A DNA stretch of 48,101 bases from Candidatus Eiseniibacteriota bacterium. Its GTDB lineage: Bacteria > Eisenbacteria > RBG-16-71-46. Of the stretch, positions 12,985-22,984 are shown one piece after another (the first letter of the stretch is position 1; each line of letters opens with the position of its first letter). The DNA lies in assembly GCA_031364845.1 (NCBI GenBank), contig JANLWX010000008.1, positions 1 through 48,101 on the forward strand, given 5' to 3'. The notes under the pieces are model-generated. The model was not told where the DNA came from. It saw nothing but the letters and a program-made list of their open reading frames with translations, and ran no database searches. A program made the position numbers and the translations under genes.

Positions 12985-14409
12985 TTAGTGCGCGTGATGC
13001 GCTTCGCCCTCATGCCCGTGAGCTTCGTGCGGCAGCATGAGAAGGATGTAGATCGTGCTGAGAACCATGAACACCATGGCCTGGAGCGTGCCCGTGAGCA
13101 GCGCCAGAACCAGGAACGGAAGCTGCAGCGGCAGGCCGATCGGCAGGTTCGACCACGCGAGCGTGGAGACCCCGAGCGATACGAACGCCACGAGCAGCAT
13201 GTCTTCGCCAAACACGTTGCCGAACAGACGGCACGAGAGCGAGATCGGCTTCGCCAGCTCGCCCAGGATGTGGATCGGAAGCATGAGCGGCACGAGCAGC
13301 CAGCCGGTCAGATTGCGCGGCTGGCCCATCAGGTGATCGATGTACCCGCCGAGGCCGAGACCGCGGATGCCGATCCATTGCGCGTAGAGGAACACGACGA
13401 TGGCGAGCGCGAACGTGACGTTCAAGCTCGACGTCGGCGAATCCATGAACGGGATCAGGCCGAACAGGTTCATGCACCAGATGTAGATCCCGAGCGTGCC
13501 GAGGAACGGCACGAAGCGAGCCGCATGGCGTTCGCCGATGATTCCCGCGATGAAATTGTAGAGCCCCTCGACCAGCGTCTCGACCAGGTTCTGGAGCTTG
13601 CCGGGGATCATCTGCGGGCGGCGGCTCGCGATGAACGCGACCAGGATGATGAGCAGCCCGACGAGCCACGAGAAGATCACGGCCTCGTAGTGGTGGAGGA
13701 AGTGCGCCCATTCGGCGTTCGGGAACGCGCGCGACAGCACCGTGATCACGTTGGCGAACTTCTGCGGACCCTCGGAGGCGTGTCCCTTGCCTTCGGCGGC
13801 CGCGTGATCGCCGGCCGGAGCGGCGCCGTGTTCGGTGGTCGGAGCCGAACCATGCTGAGTGGTGGCTGCGGCGTCGTGTTCGGTGACCGGCGGCGTGGTG
13901 TCGGCCTGTGTGGCATGCGGACTCGCGTGCTCCTGTGCCGTGGCCGGGCGTTCGATCAGCGCCGGAACCACCCACCACGCGGCGACGACCACCGACAACA
14001 CGATCACGGCGGCGCGCCACGGGCTCGCGACCATCCACTGCCACGCGCGCGATTCGAGCAGCAGCACCGAGGCCGCCTTGAGCACCAGTACCGCGAACGG
14101 CACCAGGAATCCGGCCAGCATCCATACCGGCGGCAATAGCACCAGCAGCACGCCGCCGATCGCGAACAGCAGGAACATGCCGGCCGCCGCAAACGCGGCG
14201 CGCTTCACGGCGGGCCTGCTCTTGCGGTCGGTACCGGTGATCGCCACCACGAGCTGCTGGAGCAGGGCGAAATTCGTGAGCGACCACGCGATGCCCAGCA
14301 CGGCCGCGAGCCCCGGCATCGGACCGGAATAGGTCGCGATCATCAGGGCCGCGATCGCACCCATCCACAGAGTGGTGCGGCGAACTCTAGTAAGAAACTC
14401 AAGACCCAT
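12985..14409 (-). CDS. atpB: ATP synthase F0 a subunit with fused N-terminal AtpI-like domain and His-rich linker (474 aa)
   Basis: C-terminal part has PGKLQN, NLFGLIPF, SPTSSLN, KPISLSCRLFGN and LQAMVF. The first ~150 aa are a separate multi-TM segment (GIAWSLTNFALL; GFLVPFAVLVLKA). Confidence 0.93.
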   Translation of the reverse strand: MGLEFLTRVRRTTLWMGAIAALMIATYSGPMPGLAAVLGIAWSLTNFALLQQLVVAITGTDRKSRPAVKRAAFAAAGMFLLFAIGGVLLVLLPPVWMLAGFLVPFAVLVLKAASVLLLESRAWQWMVASPWRAAVIVLSVVVAAWWVVPALIERPATAQEHASPHATQADTTPPVTEHDAAATTQHGSAPTTEHGAAPAGDHAAAEGKGHASEGPQKFANVITVLSRAFPNAEWAHFLHHYEAVIFSWLVGLLIILVAFIASRRPQMIPGKLQNLVETLVEGLYNFIAGIIGERHAARFVPFLGTLGIYIWCMNLFGLIPFMDSPTSSLNVTFALAIVVFLYAQWIGIRGLGLGGYIDHLMGQPRNLTGWLLVPLMLPIHILGELAKPISLSCRLFGNVFGEDMLLVAFVSLGVSTLAWSNLPIGLPLQLPFLVLALLTGTLQAMVFMVLSTIYILLMLPHEAHGHEGEAHHAH

Positions 14410-14686
14410 GCGTTGGGGGAGGGGCAGAACGTCGCCTCTCCTTCTCCTCTTCCGCTTCCCGTTGGTAGCGGCGGTAGATGAGGTAGGTCTCACGGCCGGC
14501 GGCGCCAAAACCCAGAATGAGCCCGAGGATGCTGAACCAGGGAGGGGTCTTCAGCCACCGATCCACAAAGCTGCCCAGAAAGAATCCCACCATCGGCGAG
14601 ACGATGAGCAGAGTTGGAATGGCGAGCAGCAATCCGCCGGTTCGCAGGGCCGAGTACCGTTCCTGTGTGTCCCGCGGGTTCGTCAT
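14399..14686 (-). CDS. atpZ: AtpZ/AtpI-family (ATPase gene 1) membrane protein
   Basis: Two TMs with GFFLGSFVDRWLKTPPWFSILGLILGFGAAG; first gene of the operon; start MTNPR at 14686. Confidence 0.85.
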   Translation of the reverse strand: MTNPRDTQERYSALRTGGLLLAIPTLLIVSPMVGFFLGSFVDRWLKTPPWFSILGLILGFGAAGRETYLIYRRYQREAEEEKERRRSAPPPTHGS

Positions 14687-14761
14687 GCTGAGCGCCCCGG
14701 TGAAATTTTTCACAAGCACTCGCTTAAACGATGATTTCATAACGTTCGCGAGAGCCGGGGG

Positions 14762-14790
14762 AATGTAGAGAAACCCGCTCGGGCGGTCAA
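14762..14790 (-). promoter_or_regulatory. Sigma70-type promoter of the atp operon
   Basis: Minus strand TTGACC-17 nt-TACATT, about 75 nt upstream of atpZ. Confidence 0.7.
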
Positions 14791-14892
14791 CCCGAAAGTC
14801 GGTCGGGATGGACGATTGTTGATGACGACTTCGCAGGGCCGGGCGTGCGAGGAAGATGACACGGCCTCGGGCCACATCTATTGTGCGCCATC

Positions 14893-15366
14893 ATGCCGAG
14901 CATCGAGCAGACGCACGTCGAAGTCTATGTGTTTCGCCGGGATGGGCGCCGGGTCGAGTTCCTGTGCCTGCGGCGCGCCGCCGGGAGGAAGACACTGCCC
15001 GGAATCTGGCAGCCGGTGACCGGAAAGCGAAGGCGCTCGGAGCGCGCGGTCACGGCGGCAAGGCGTGAGTTGCTCGAAGAAACAGGACTACGGCCCCGGC
15101 GCATGTGGATCCTGGAAACCGTGACGACGTATTTTGATGCGAAGGCCGATCGGGTCCGCATGCTGCCGTTGTTCGCCGCCGAGATCGGCCTGAAGGATTT
15201 GGTGATCCTGTCACGCGAGCACGACGCGTTTCGCTTTCTCGGAGCGCGCGCAGCGGGAAGCCTCTATTTATGGGAGAGCCAGCGCCGGGGGCTTGCGGCC
15301 GTGCGGCGGGAAGTGCTCGCGGTTCCGGTGCTCGCGCGGGCGCTCGAAGTGAAGCCTCGCGGCTAG
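14893..15366 (+). CDS. Nudix hydrolase (NudB-like)
   Basis: WQPVTG....E....AARRELLEETGL Nudix box; LSREHDAFRF. Confidence 0.88.
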   Translation: MPSIEQTHVEVYVFRRDGRRVEFLCLRRAAGRKTLPGIWQPVTGKRRRSERAVTAARRELLEETGLRPRRMWILETVTTYFDAKADRVRMLPLFAAEIGLKDLVILSREHDAFRFLGARAAGSLYLWESQRRGLAAVRREVLAVPVLARALEVKPRG

Positions 15367-15400
15367 CACCGACCGCGAAACCTCATCGGAGGATTTGAAC

Positions 15401-15907
15401 TTGGCCAGCACCAGTTCATTCGACGTCACGACCGGCGTGGATTACATGGAGGTCCACAACGCCGTCGAACAGGCGACCAAGGAAATCACGAACCGCTACG
15501 ACTTCAAAGGGCTCAAGGTGAGCATCGAGCTCAATCAGAAAGAAAAGAAGATCACGCTCGCGGCACCCGACGAATACAAGCTCACGGCGATCTGGGACGT
15601 GCTCCAGAGCAAGATGGTCCGCCGCCAGGTCTCGCTCAAGAATCTCGAGCCCGGCACCGTGGAGCCCGCCGCGTCGAGTTCGGTGCGCCAGGACATCGCG
15701 ATCACCGACGGCCTCACGTCCGACAAGGCGCGTGAGATCGCGCGCGTCATCAAGGACGCGAAGCTCAAGAAGATCCAGGCGGCGATTCAGGGCGACACCG
15801 TGCGGATCACTTCGCCGAGCAAGGACGATCTGCAGGGCGTGATCTCGCTGTTGAAGCAGCAGGACTTCGGGGTCGAGTTGAAATTCGAGAACTTCCGCTC
15901 GAATTAG
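15401..15907 (+). CDS. yajQ: YajQ-family nucleotide/c-di-GMP-binding protein
   Basis: SFDV, NAVEQA.KEI.NRYDFKG, QAAIQGD.VR, KDDLQ, FENFR; TTG start 7 nt after GGAGGA. Confidence 0.93.
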   Translation: MASTSSFDVTTGVDYMEVHNAVEQATKEITNRYDFKGLKVSIELNQKEKKITLAAPDEYKLTAIWDVLQSKMVRRQVSLKNLEPGTVEPAASSSVRQDIAITDGLTSDKAREIARVIKDAKLKKIQAAIQGDTVRITSPSKDDLQGVISLLKQQDFGVELKFENFRSN

Positions 15908-17004
15908 CGGGGCAGTCTCGTGCGGACCGGCTCGAGCACGATGCGCAGCTGACGCTGGCCCTGGTCGGTGCATTCGATGACGGGATCTGCGGTCAGGCGG
16001 TTGAACTTGAGCCGCGAGTACGCGAGGTAACGCACGCGGTGCGGGCCGCACCCCGCGGCCGGGAGCACGAAGGCGCGCGGTGAACCGAGCAGCAACTCGA
16101 CCGAGTCACGCACCGTGGGCGCATCCTCGAGCCACAGTGCCACCGGCACGCGCTCAGGAAGCGGATGATCCCAGCGAACCTCGAGCGTGCCTTCGATCCG
16201 GCACAGGCAGCTGTCGGCGGGTGCGACGCCGCGCGCGGGCGCGACCACGACTGGCGCGGCAACGGGCGGCTTCGAAGCCGGGCGTGACGGCCGTCGTCCG
16301 ACCGGCGTGCGCGAGGCAATGACGGAGTCCGCGGGCGGCGGCACCGCGCGAGGAGCCGACTCCGCGGAGTCGAGACTCGCATACGACGTCACCCGCCCCG
16401 GAATGACGACGATGTCGCTCGTCTCATCCAGCGCCACGTCGCGCGGCTCCGGGTCCTTGCCCGGTGAACCGCTGAACGCGACATCGATCCCACCGGCCGT
16501 GAGACCTTGCGCGAACGCGCGCGTCAGAGCCGCGGTGGCCGCCGAATCGTTGGTGCTCACGCGCAGACGGCGCGCGCCCAGACTGTCGTCGACCGCGCGC
16601 AATTCGATGCGCAGCCGGGACTCACCACTCGCAAGCCCGATGCGCCAGCCGCTGCGGCGCGCATTGAGCCACAGCGCGAGCGGCGCGCGGATCAGCGAGT
16701 CGACCGGGCTGATCGGCACTTCCAGCGTGAAGCGACCCCGGCGGTCGGGAATCGCGACTTCGCGCCGGGTGCCTTCGAGGAAGATCCGCACCGCCGGGAT
16801 CGGATTCCCCGCACCATCGGTCACGCGCCCACGGATCGCGAGACGTCCCGGAGGTGCGGATGCACCGTCAGCGGGTTGATCAACCGCATCGGGACCGACA
16901 TCCGCGACATACGCGCCCGGATCCGACGCCGCAGCGCCGGCCGGAATCACGTCATGCGACGCCGCTGCAGCTGCGATCAGTACCGCGAAGAATCCAGCGT
17001 TCAC
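15904..17004 (-). CDS. Secreted hypothetical protein with carboxypeptidase-regulatory-like beta-sandwich
   Basis: IRGRVTDGAGNPIPAVRI motif; hydrophobic N-terminus; start overlaps the dipeptidase stop. Confidence 0.6.
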   Translation of the reverse strand: MNAGFFAVLIAAAAASHDVIPAGAAASDPGAYVADVGPDAVDQPADGASAPPGRLAIRGRVTDGAGNPIPAVRIFLEGTRREVAIPDRRGRFTLEVPISPVDSLIRAPLALWLNARRSGWRIGLASGESRLRIELRAVDDSLGARRLRVSTNDSAATAALTRAFAQGLTAGGIDVAFSGSPGKDPEPRDVALDETSDIVVIPGRVTSYASLDSAESAPRAVPPPADSVIASRTPVGRRPSRPASKPPVAAPVVVAPARGVAPADSCLCRIEGTLEVRWDHPLPERVPVALWLEDAPTVRDSVELLLGSPRAFVLPAAGCGPHRVRYLAYSRLKFNRLTADPVIECTDQGQRQLRIVLEPVRTRLPR

Positions 17005-18383
17005 CGCACAGCCGGGACTGCCGCGGCCAGCTCTTCATAGAGGTATGCGACGCTCTTCGTGCCCCCGTCGAACGAGGTCAGCGAGAACTTCTCGTTCGGC
17101 GCGTGAACATTGTCGTCGTCGAGCCCGAAGCCCATCAGGATGCACGGCAGGCCGTGTGTCTCCTGGAATGTCGCCATCACCGGAATCGATCCGCCTTCGC
17201 GCATCATGGCGACCGGCTTGTTCCAGGCCCGCGCGAGCGCGCGGCGCGCGGACTCGAGCATCGGATGGTTGGGATCGGTGAGGAACGGCGTGCCCCCGTG
17301 CATGTTCTTGACCACGACCGTCACGCCCGGAGGCGCCATGCGCTTCACGTACGCTTCGAATTTCGGGAACAACTCGTTCGGATCCTGATCCGGCACCAGC
17401 CGCATGCTGACCTTGGCCGCCGCGAACGATGGCAGCACCGTCTTGCTGCCATCGCCGGTGTAGCCGCTCCACATGCCGTTCACATCCAGCGTCGGACGCA
17501 TCGAGATGCGCTCGAGCGTCGAGTAACCGGACTCGCCGAACGCTTCGGGCGCGCCGCTCTCCGTCATGTAGCCGCGCTCATCGAACGGTGCCGCGCGCAG
17601 CATCTCGCGCTCCTGGGGATCGACCTTGCGCACGCGTTCGTAGAAGCCCGGCACCGTGATGCGTCCGTCGCCGTCCTTCAAGGCCGCGATGATCGCGCAC
17701 AGCGCGTTGGCGGGATTCTGCACCGCGCCGCCGAAGTGACCTGAGTGCAGATCGTGCGCGGGACCGGTGACTTCGATCTGCGTGTAGAGGATGCCGCGCA
17801 GCGCGTACGTGAGGGTCGGCTGATCGGGCCCGAGCATCGCGGTGTCGCTCACGACGATCACATCGGCGTCGAGCTCGGAGCGCCGATCGCGCAGGAACTT
17901 CTCGAGATTCTCGCTGCCGCACTCCTCCTCGCCCTCGATCACGAGCTTGAGATTCACCGGCAGCTTCCCGTTCACCTTCAGGTGGGCTTCGATCGCGTTC
18001 AGGTGCATGTAGACCTGGCCCTTGTCGTCCACCGCACCGCGCGCGAACAGCTTGCCGTCTTTCAGTGTGGGCTCGAACGGCGGCGTCTTCCACAGCTCGA
18101 GCGGCTCGGGCGGCTGCACGTCGTAGTGGCCGTAGACGAGTGCGGTCGGGCGGCCGGGCGCGCCGAGCCACTCGGCGTAGACGATCGGATGGCCATCGGT
18201 GGCGACGACCTCGACCCGCGGCATGCCGATCGACTCGAGATGGCTCGCGATGTGGCGCGCGCAACGCAGCGTGTCCTCGTTGTGCGCCGGCTGCGCGCTG
18301 ACGCTCGGAATGCGCAGAACCGCCTTGAGATTTTCGAGGAACGCTTCGCGATGATCTTCCAGGTAGCGCGTCAGGGCATCCAT
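17001..18383 (-). CDS. M20-family dipeptidase
   Basis: YGHYDVQP, ARGAVDDKGQ, EGEEECGS, DLHSG, GGSIP, HAPNE. Confidence 0.95.
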   Translation of the reverse strand: MDALTRYLEDHREAFLENLKAVLRIPSVSAQPAHNEDTLRCARHIASHLESIGMPRVEVVATDGHPIVYAEWLGAPGRPTALVYGHYDVQPPEPLELWKTPPFEPTLKDGKLFARGAVDDKGQVYMHLNAIEAHLKVNGKLPVNLKLVIEGEEECGSENLEKFLRDRRSELDADVIVVSDTAMLGPDQPTLTYALRGILYTQIEVTGPAHDLHSGHFGGAVQNPANALCAIIAALKDGDGRITVPGFYERVRKVDPQEREMLRAAPFDERGYMTESGAPEAFGESGYSTLERISMRPTLDVNGMWSGYTGDGSKTVLPSFAAAKVSMRLVPDQDPNELFPKFEAYVKRMAPPGVTVVVKNMHGGTPFLTDPNHPMLESARRALARAWNKPVAMMREGGSIPVMATFQETHGLPCILMGFGLDDDNVHAPNEKFSLTSFDGGTKSVAYLYEELAAAVPAVR

Positions 18384-18628
18384 TTTTCGTGGCTCCGTGG
18401 CTTTCGGGTCGTCGGGCGTTCCGGGGGAGCGCGGCGCGGATTCGAATCACTCAAGACTGCTTGATTCTTGAAGGCTCGCATTTCCGGCAAATCGATGGAA
18501 TCGCGCAAATAGACTACTCCAACCCCAATGACCGAGAACAGCGTGTCCCGACCCGCGCGGCCGAATACAAAATGCGGCCCGCGGCGTGATTGCGCCGCGG
18601 GCCGCAGTGGATTCTTCGTCAGCTCGAC

Positions 18629-19357
18629 TTACCGATAGAGCGACCGGATCGATCCCCACGTCGAACGCAGCGCTCCGGTTGAAGCCGGGCACCCGGCCGG
18701 AACGCTCTGCCACGAGACATGATTGCGATCCGCGGCGGTGTTCACGACCACGACGCCGGATCCATTGGTGAGCTTCGCCTCGTTGAAGACGAGGCAGGCC
18801 GAGGTCGCACACCCGGTGCACGAACCGGCGCCCACGGCCTGGTGGTGGTGAAGATTCACGCGGAACAGCAGGTATTCGAGACCCGCCGTCAGCGCGCGTT
18901 CGATCGGCGCGATGTCGACGAGCACCTTGAGACGCGCGCGGTTCGGGCTCAGGAATGCAATGTCGTAGTCGTGGCTGACATTCGCCTCGGTATCCCATGC
19001 GTCTTCACAGCTCTGAAAGTCGGTCTCGATGTCGGCATCGAGGCCTGCATTTCCACGACAGGCCAGGGCCTCGCCGCCGATCGGACTCGAGTTGTGCTTC
19101 CACCAGTCGGGAAGGTTCGTGGCCGAGGACCGGATGTCGATCACTCCTTCAACCCCCTTCAGTTGAGTGATCCCTGCCGGAGCGCGCAGCGACGCCACGA
19201 GGACATCGGTTCCGGTCGTCACGTTGCACGCGAAGGTCTTCGCGCTGACACCGTTGCTGCCGCAATCATCCCACGACAGATTGAGCCCTTCCGCGGCCGA
19301 GACGGCGACCGGCAGGAACATCGCAAAACAGACCATGAACAAGGAGTGGGTAGCCAT
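18629..19357 (-). CDS. Secreted Cys-rich protein with C-terminal STWG..LYR motif
   Basis: Signal peptide (..AVSA/AEG), GLNLSWDDCG N-terminus, 8 Cys in the mature part, ends LRSTWGSIRSLYR. Confidence 0.8.
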   Translation of the reverse strand: MATHSLFMVCFAMFLPVAVSAAEGLNLSWDDCGSNGVSAKTFACNVTTGTDVLVASLRAPAGITQLKGVEGVIDIRSSATNLPDWWKHNSSPIGGEALACRGNAGLDADIETDFQSCEDAWDTEANVSHDYDIAFLSPNRARLKVLVDIAPIERALTAGLEYLLFRVNLHHHQAVGAGSCTGCATSACLVFNEAKLTNGSGVVVVNTAADRNHVSWQSVPAGCPASTGALRSTWGSIRSLYR

Positions 19358-19668
19358 TGGGGATGCCTCTGTGGTGGTTCCGCGTTTGCGGATGCGGGCG
19401 ACGACGACGATACAAACTGATTACGATTTTAGGCGACCTCTCTACGGGAAGTCCACGGTTGAAAAGGTGCGACGGGTCGCGTCTCCATGGTCTCGCACCG
19501 TATTTCGAGATTACCGTTGTACGTGGATTTCGATCAATGAACATGCGGGTGATTGGCCATCGGCCTGGGTCATTTTTACCGAACGCTCCCGTGCGATCCC
19601 GCTCGAGACCAGCAGTCGCCATACACTGAACTCGGTTTACCGTCACGCGACTAACGCGATACATTCCA

Positions 19669-19698
19669 TTGACATAGACTGAGGCGATTGGTTACCGT
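19669..19698 (+). promoter_or_regulatory. Candidate sigma70 promoter for the RND cluster
   Basis: TTGACA (19669-74)-18 nt-TACCGT (19693-98) in an AT-richer divergent intergenic region. Confidence 0.5.
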
Positions 19699-19845
19699 TT
19701 TCCCCATCGATAAGTCGGGGTAGCCCGTTTGGGCCTCCCCGTGGTCGCCCGGCACGAATGCCGGACTCGAGAGGCAGAGGGCCTCCGGGTTTTGTTCAGG
19801 AGTCGCTCGGGGGTTGGAGCCGCCCGGGCAGGAGGGTCTCCCGCT

Positions 19846-22800
19846 ATGAGCCGTTCAATCGTCGAGTCGAGCCTGAGGTTGCGACCTCTGGTACTCGCCA
19901 TCGCGGTGGTCGTGATGACTTTGGGAATCACGACCCTCGATGACATGCCGGTCGATGTCTATCCCGAAATCCTGCCCGTCACGGTCAACGTTCAGACCGA
20001 AGCGCTCGGACTTTCGGCCGCCGAAGTCGAGCAACTGATCACCGTCCCCATCGAGGCCGACCTTCTGAGCGGCACGCCATGGGTCGACGTCATGCGTTCG
20101 GAATCGGTGCCCGGCCTCTCGTCGATCGAACTGACGTTCAAGCGCGGCACGAACCCGATGCACGCGCGCCAGGTGGTTCAGGAACGCCTCACGCAGGCGC
20201 ATGCGCTGCCGAATGTGTCGAAGCCGCCGCAGATGCTCCAGCCGCTGTCCTCGACCAACCGCGTCATGATGATCGGACTGTCGTCGAAGAATCAGTCGCT
20301 GATCGAAATGTCCGTCCTCGCGCGCTGGACGATCCGTCCGCGCCTGATGGGCGTTCCCGGCGTCGCGAACGTGGCGATCTGGGGCCAGCGCGAGCGCCAG
20401 CTGCAGGTCCAGGTCGATCCGCAGCGGCTGAAGGATCACAAGGTCACGCTGATCGACATCATCAAGACCGCGGGCAACTCGCTGTGGTATTCGCCGCTCA
20501 GCTTCCTCGAGTCGTCGGTCGCAGGAACCGGCGGCTTCGTCGAGACCCCCAATCAGCGCATCGGTGTGCGCCATGTTCTGCCCATCACCAAGGCGAGCGA
20601 TCTCGCGAAGGTGCCGGTCGAGGGCACCACGGTGCGGCTCGACGAGGTGGCGACGGTCGTCCAGGACCACCAGCCGCTGATCGGTGACGCGATGAATGGA
20701 AACGGTTCGGGCCTGATGCTGGTGGTCGAGAAGCTCCCGGGCGTGAACACGCTCGAAGTGTCCGACGACATCATCGAAGCCCTCGAATCCTTGAAGCCGG
20801 GGCTCGGCGGAGTCGAGTTCGATCCGAACGTCTATCGCCCCGAGACCTACATCAATACGTCGATCAAGAATGTCTCGAGCGCGCTCATGCTCGGGCTGAT
20901 TCTGGTCGCCGTGATGATGTTCCTGCTGGCCTACAACTGGCGCGCGGCGCTGGTGGGCGTGGTCGCGATTCCACTGTCGCTCGCGGCGGCCGCACTGGTG
21001 ATCTACTACTCTGGCGCCACGATCAACGTGATGGTGCTCGCGGGCCTCGTGGTGGCGCTCGGAATCCTCGTCGACGACGGCATCGTGTTCTCCGACGCCC
21101 TGCTGCGCCGTCTGCGTCAGGGGCCGGGAACGTCGCTGGTTCAGACCTTCCTCGAAGCCTCCTCGGAAGTCCGCACGCCGCTCGTGTTCGGAACCGTGGT
21201 GGTGCTGCTGGCCGCGCTGCCGCTGCTGTTCATGACCGGGGCCGCGGGCGCGTTCGTGCAGCCGCTCGCCCTGTCGTACGGCATCGCCGTGCTGGTGTCG
21301 ATGCTGGTCGCGATGACGGTCACGCCCGCGCTCAGCATGATGCTCTATCAGAAGTCGCACATCGTGCGTCACCAGTCGCCGTTCTCCCAGTGGCTGACGA
21401 AGATGCACGACAACCTGTCTCCGATGGTCCCGAAGCTCGCGGTCGCGCTGGCGATCGTGGCCGCCATCGTCGGCTTCGCGATGCTGCCGAGTCTCAACTT
21501 CACCACGGCTCCGACGTTCAAGGAGCACGACCTGATGGTGCACTGGGACGCGACTCCCGGCACCTCGCGCGAGGAGATGAACCGCCTCATCGAGCGCGTC
21601 AGCAAGGAACTTCGCGGTGTCCCCGGCGTGCGCAACGTCGGAGGCCACGTCGGCCGCGCGATCCTCTCGGACCAGGTGGTCGGCATCAATTCGAGCGAGC
21701 TGTGGATCAACCTCGACACGAAGGCCAACTACCACGCCACCGTGGCCGCGATCGAGGACATCGTCCAGGGCTATCCCGGAATCGACGCCGACGTCATGAC
21801 CTACCTGTCCTCGCGCTTCGGCGAGCCGCTGTCGCGCGTCGACGAGCCGATCGTCGTGCGCGTCTACGGTCAGGAGAAGGACATCCTGCGCGGCGAGGCC
21901 GAGAAGGTGAAGAAGGCGCTCGCCGGCATCAACGGCGTCGTGGATCCGCACATCGAAGCCGAATCGAACGAGCCGGCGGTGGAGATCGAAGTGAATCTCC
22001 AGCAGGCGATGATTCACGGGGTCAAGCCGGGTGAAGTGCGGCGCGCGGCGGCCACGCTGCTCGCGGGCATCGAAGTCGGCAACCTGTTCGAGGAGCAGAA
22101 GGTGTTCGAGGTCGTCGTGTGGGGCGAGCCGCAGATCCGCCACAGCGTGGCCGGAATCAAGGACCTCCTGATCGACACCCCGGCCGGCGGCCACGTGCGC
22201 CTCGGCGACGTCGCGGAGGTCCGCATCGTCCCGGCGCCGACCGTGATCCGCCGTGAGAACGTCGCCCGCAGCCTCGATGTCGTCGCGAACGTGAGCGGCC
22301 GCCAGGTCCCCGCGGTCGCTGCCGACGTGCACAAGCGACTGCGTGAGATGTCCCTCCCGCTCGAGTATCGCGCCGAGCTGACCGGCGACTACGCGAAGCA
22401 ACAGGCGTCGATGGGCCGCGTGATCGCGTTGTCGATCGCCGTCGCGATCGGAATCGTGTTCATCCTCCAGGCGGCGTTCGGCAGCTGGATGCTGGCGCTC
22501 GCGGTCGTCCTGACCCTGCCGATCGCCCTCGCCGGCGGCGCCATTGCCGCCATCACGACGGGCTCGGCGGTCTCGCTCGGCTCGCTCGCGGGCTTCCTGG
22601 CCGTGCTCGGTCTCGCGGTGCGCTACGGCGTCCTGCTGGTCGGGCGTTATCGCGAATTGCGCGGACAGGGAATGGCGTTCGGTTCCGAACTCGTTCACAA
22701 GGGGACGCGCGAACGCGTCAACTCCATTCTGATGTCGGTGATCGTGACGGCCGCGGCGGTTCTGCCGTTCGCGCTGTTCGGATCGCGCGCCGGCCTCGAG

Positions 22801-22950
22801 ATCGTTGGTCCCATGGCGATGGTGATCCTGGGCGGCCTGGTCACGACGACCGTGTACGCGCTGTGCATCGTCCCCGCGCTCTATTCACGGCTCGGAACCG
22901 GCGCCATGCCTGATTCGGTCGAGAACGATGATCTCGACATCGCCGTCTGA
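19846..22950 (+). CDS. RND transporter permease subunit A (CusA/CzcA/AcrB superfamily)
   Basis: ~1034 aa; [40 protein letters not shown]; 12-TM pattern; start MSRSIV after GGAGG. Confidence 0.92.
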   Translation: MSRSIVESSLRLRPLVLAIAVVVMTLGITTLDDMPVDVYPEILPVTVNVQTEALGLSAAEVEQLITVPIEADLLSGTPWVDVMRSESVPGLSSIELTFKRGTNPMHARQVVQERLTQAHALPNVSKPPQMLQPLSSTNRVMMIGLSSKNQSLIEMSVLARWTIRPRLMGVPGVANVAIWGQRERQLQVQVDPQRLKDHKVTLIDIIKTAGNSLWYSPLSFLESSVAGTGGFVETPNQRIGVRHVLPITKASDLAKVPVEGTTVRLDEVATVVQDHQPLIGDAMNGNGSGLMLVVEKLPGVNTLEVSDDIIEALESLKPGLGGVEFDPNVYRPETYINTSIKNVSSALMLGLILVAVMMFLLAYNWRAALVGVVAIPLSLAAAALVIYYSGATINVMVLAGLVVALGILVDDGIVFSDALLRRLRQGPGTSLVQTFLEASSEVRTPLVFGTVVVLLAALPLLFMTGAAGAFVQPLALSYGIAVLVSMLVAMTVTPALSMMLYQKSHIVRHQSPFSQWLTKMHDNLSPMVPKLAVALAIVAAIVGFAMLPSLNFTTAPTFKEHDLMVHWDATPGTSREEMNRLIERVSKELRGVPGVRNVGGHVGRAILSDQVVGINSSELWINLDTKANYHATVAAIEDIVQGYPGIDADVMTYLSSRFGEPLSRVDEPIVVRVYGQEKDILRGEAEKVKKALAGINGVVDPHIEAESNEPAVEIEVNLQQAMIHGVKPGEVRRAAATLLAGIEVGNLFEEQKVFEVVVWGEPQIRHSVAGIKDLLIDTPAGGHVRLGDVAEVRIVPAPTVIRRENVARSLDVVANVSGRQVPAVAADVHKRLREMSLPLEYRAELTGDYAKQQASMGRVIALSIAVAIGIVFILQAAFGSWMLALAVVLTLPIALAGGAIAAITTGSAVSLGSLAGFLAVLGLAVRYGVLLVGRYRELRGQGMAFGSELVHKGTRERVNSILMSVIVTAAAVLPFALFGSRAGLEIVGPMAMVILGGLVTTTVYALCIVPALYSRLGTGAMPDSVENDDLDIAV

Positions 22951-22984
22951 CACTTTCGCAAGAACCTTTCGAGGAGGAATCGTC

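Noticed and set aside
18384..18628. tRNA or integration site at the cluster boundary (GGATTCGAATC resembles a T-loop)
   Set aside because: No cloverleaf or acceptor stem could be built, and there is no integrase or flanking direct repeat
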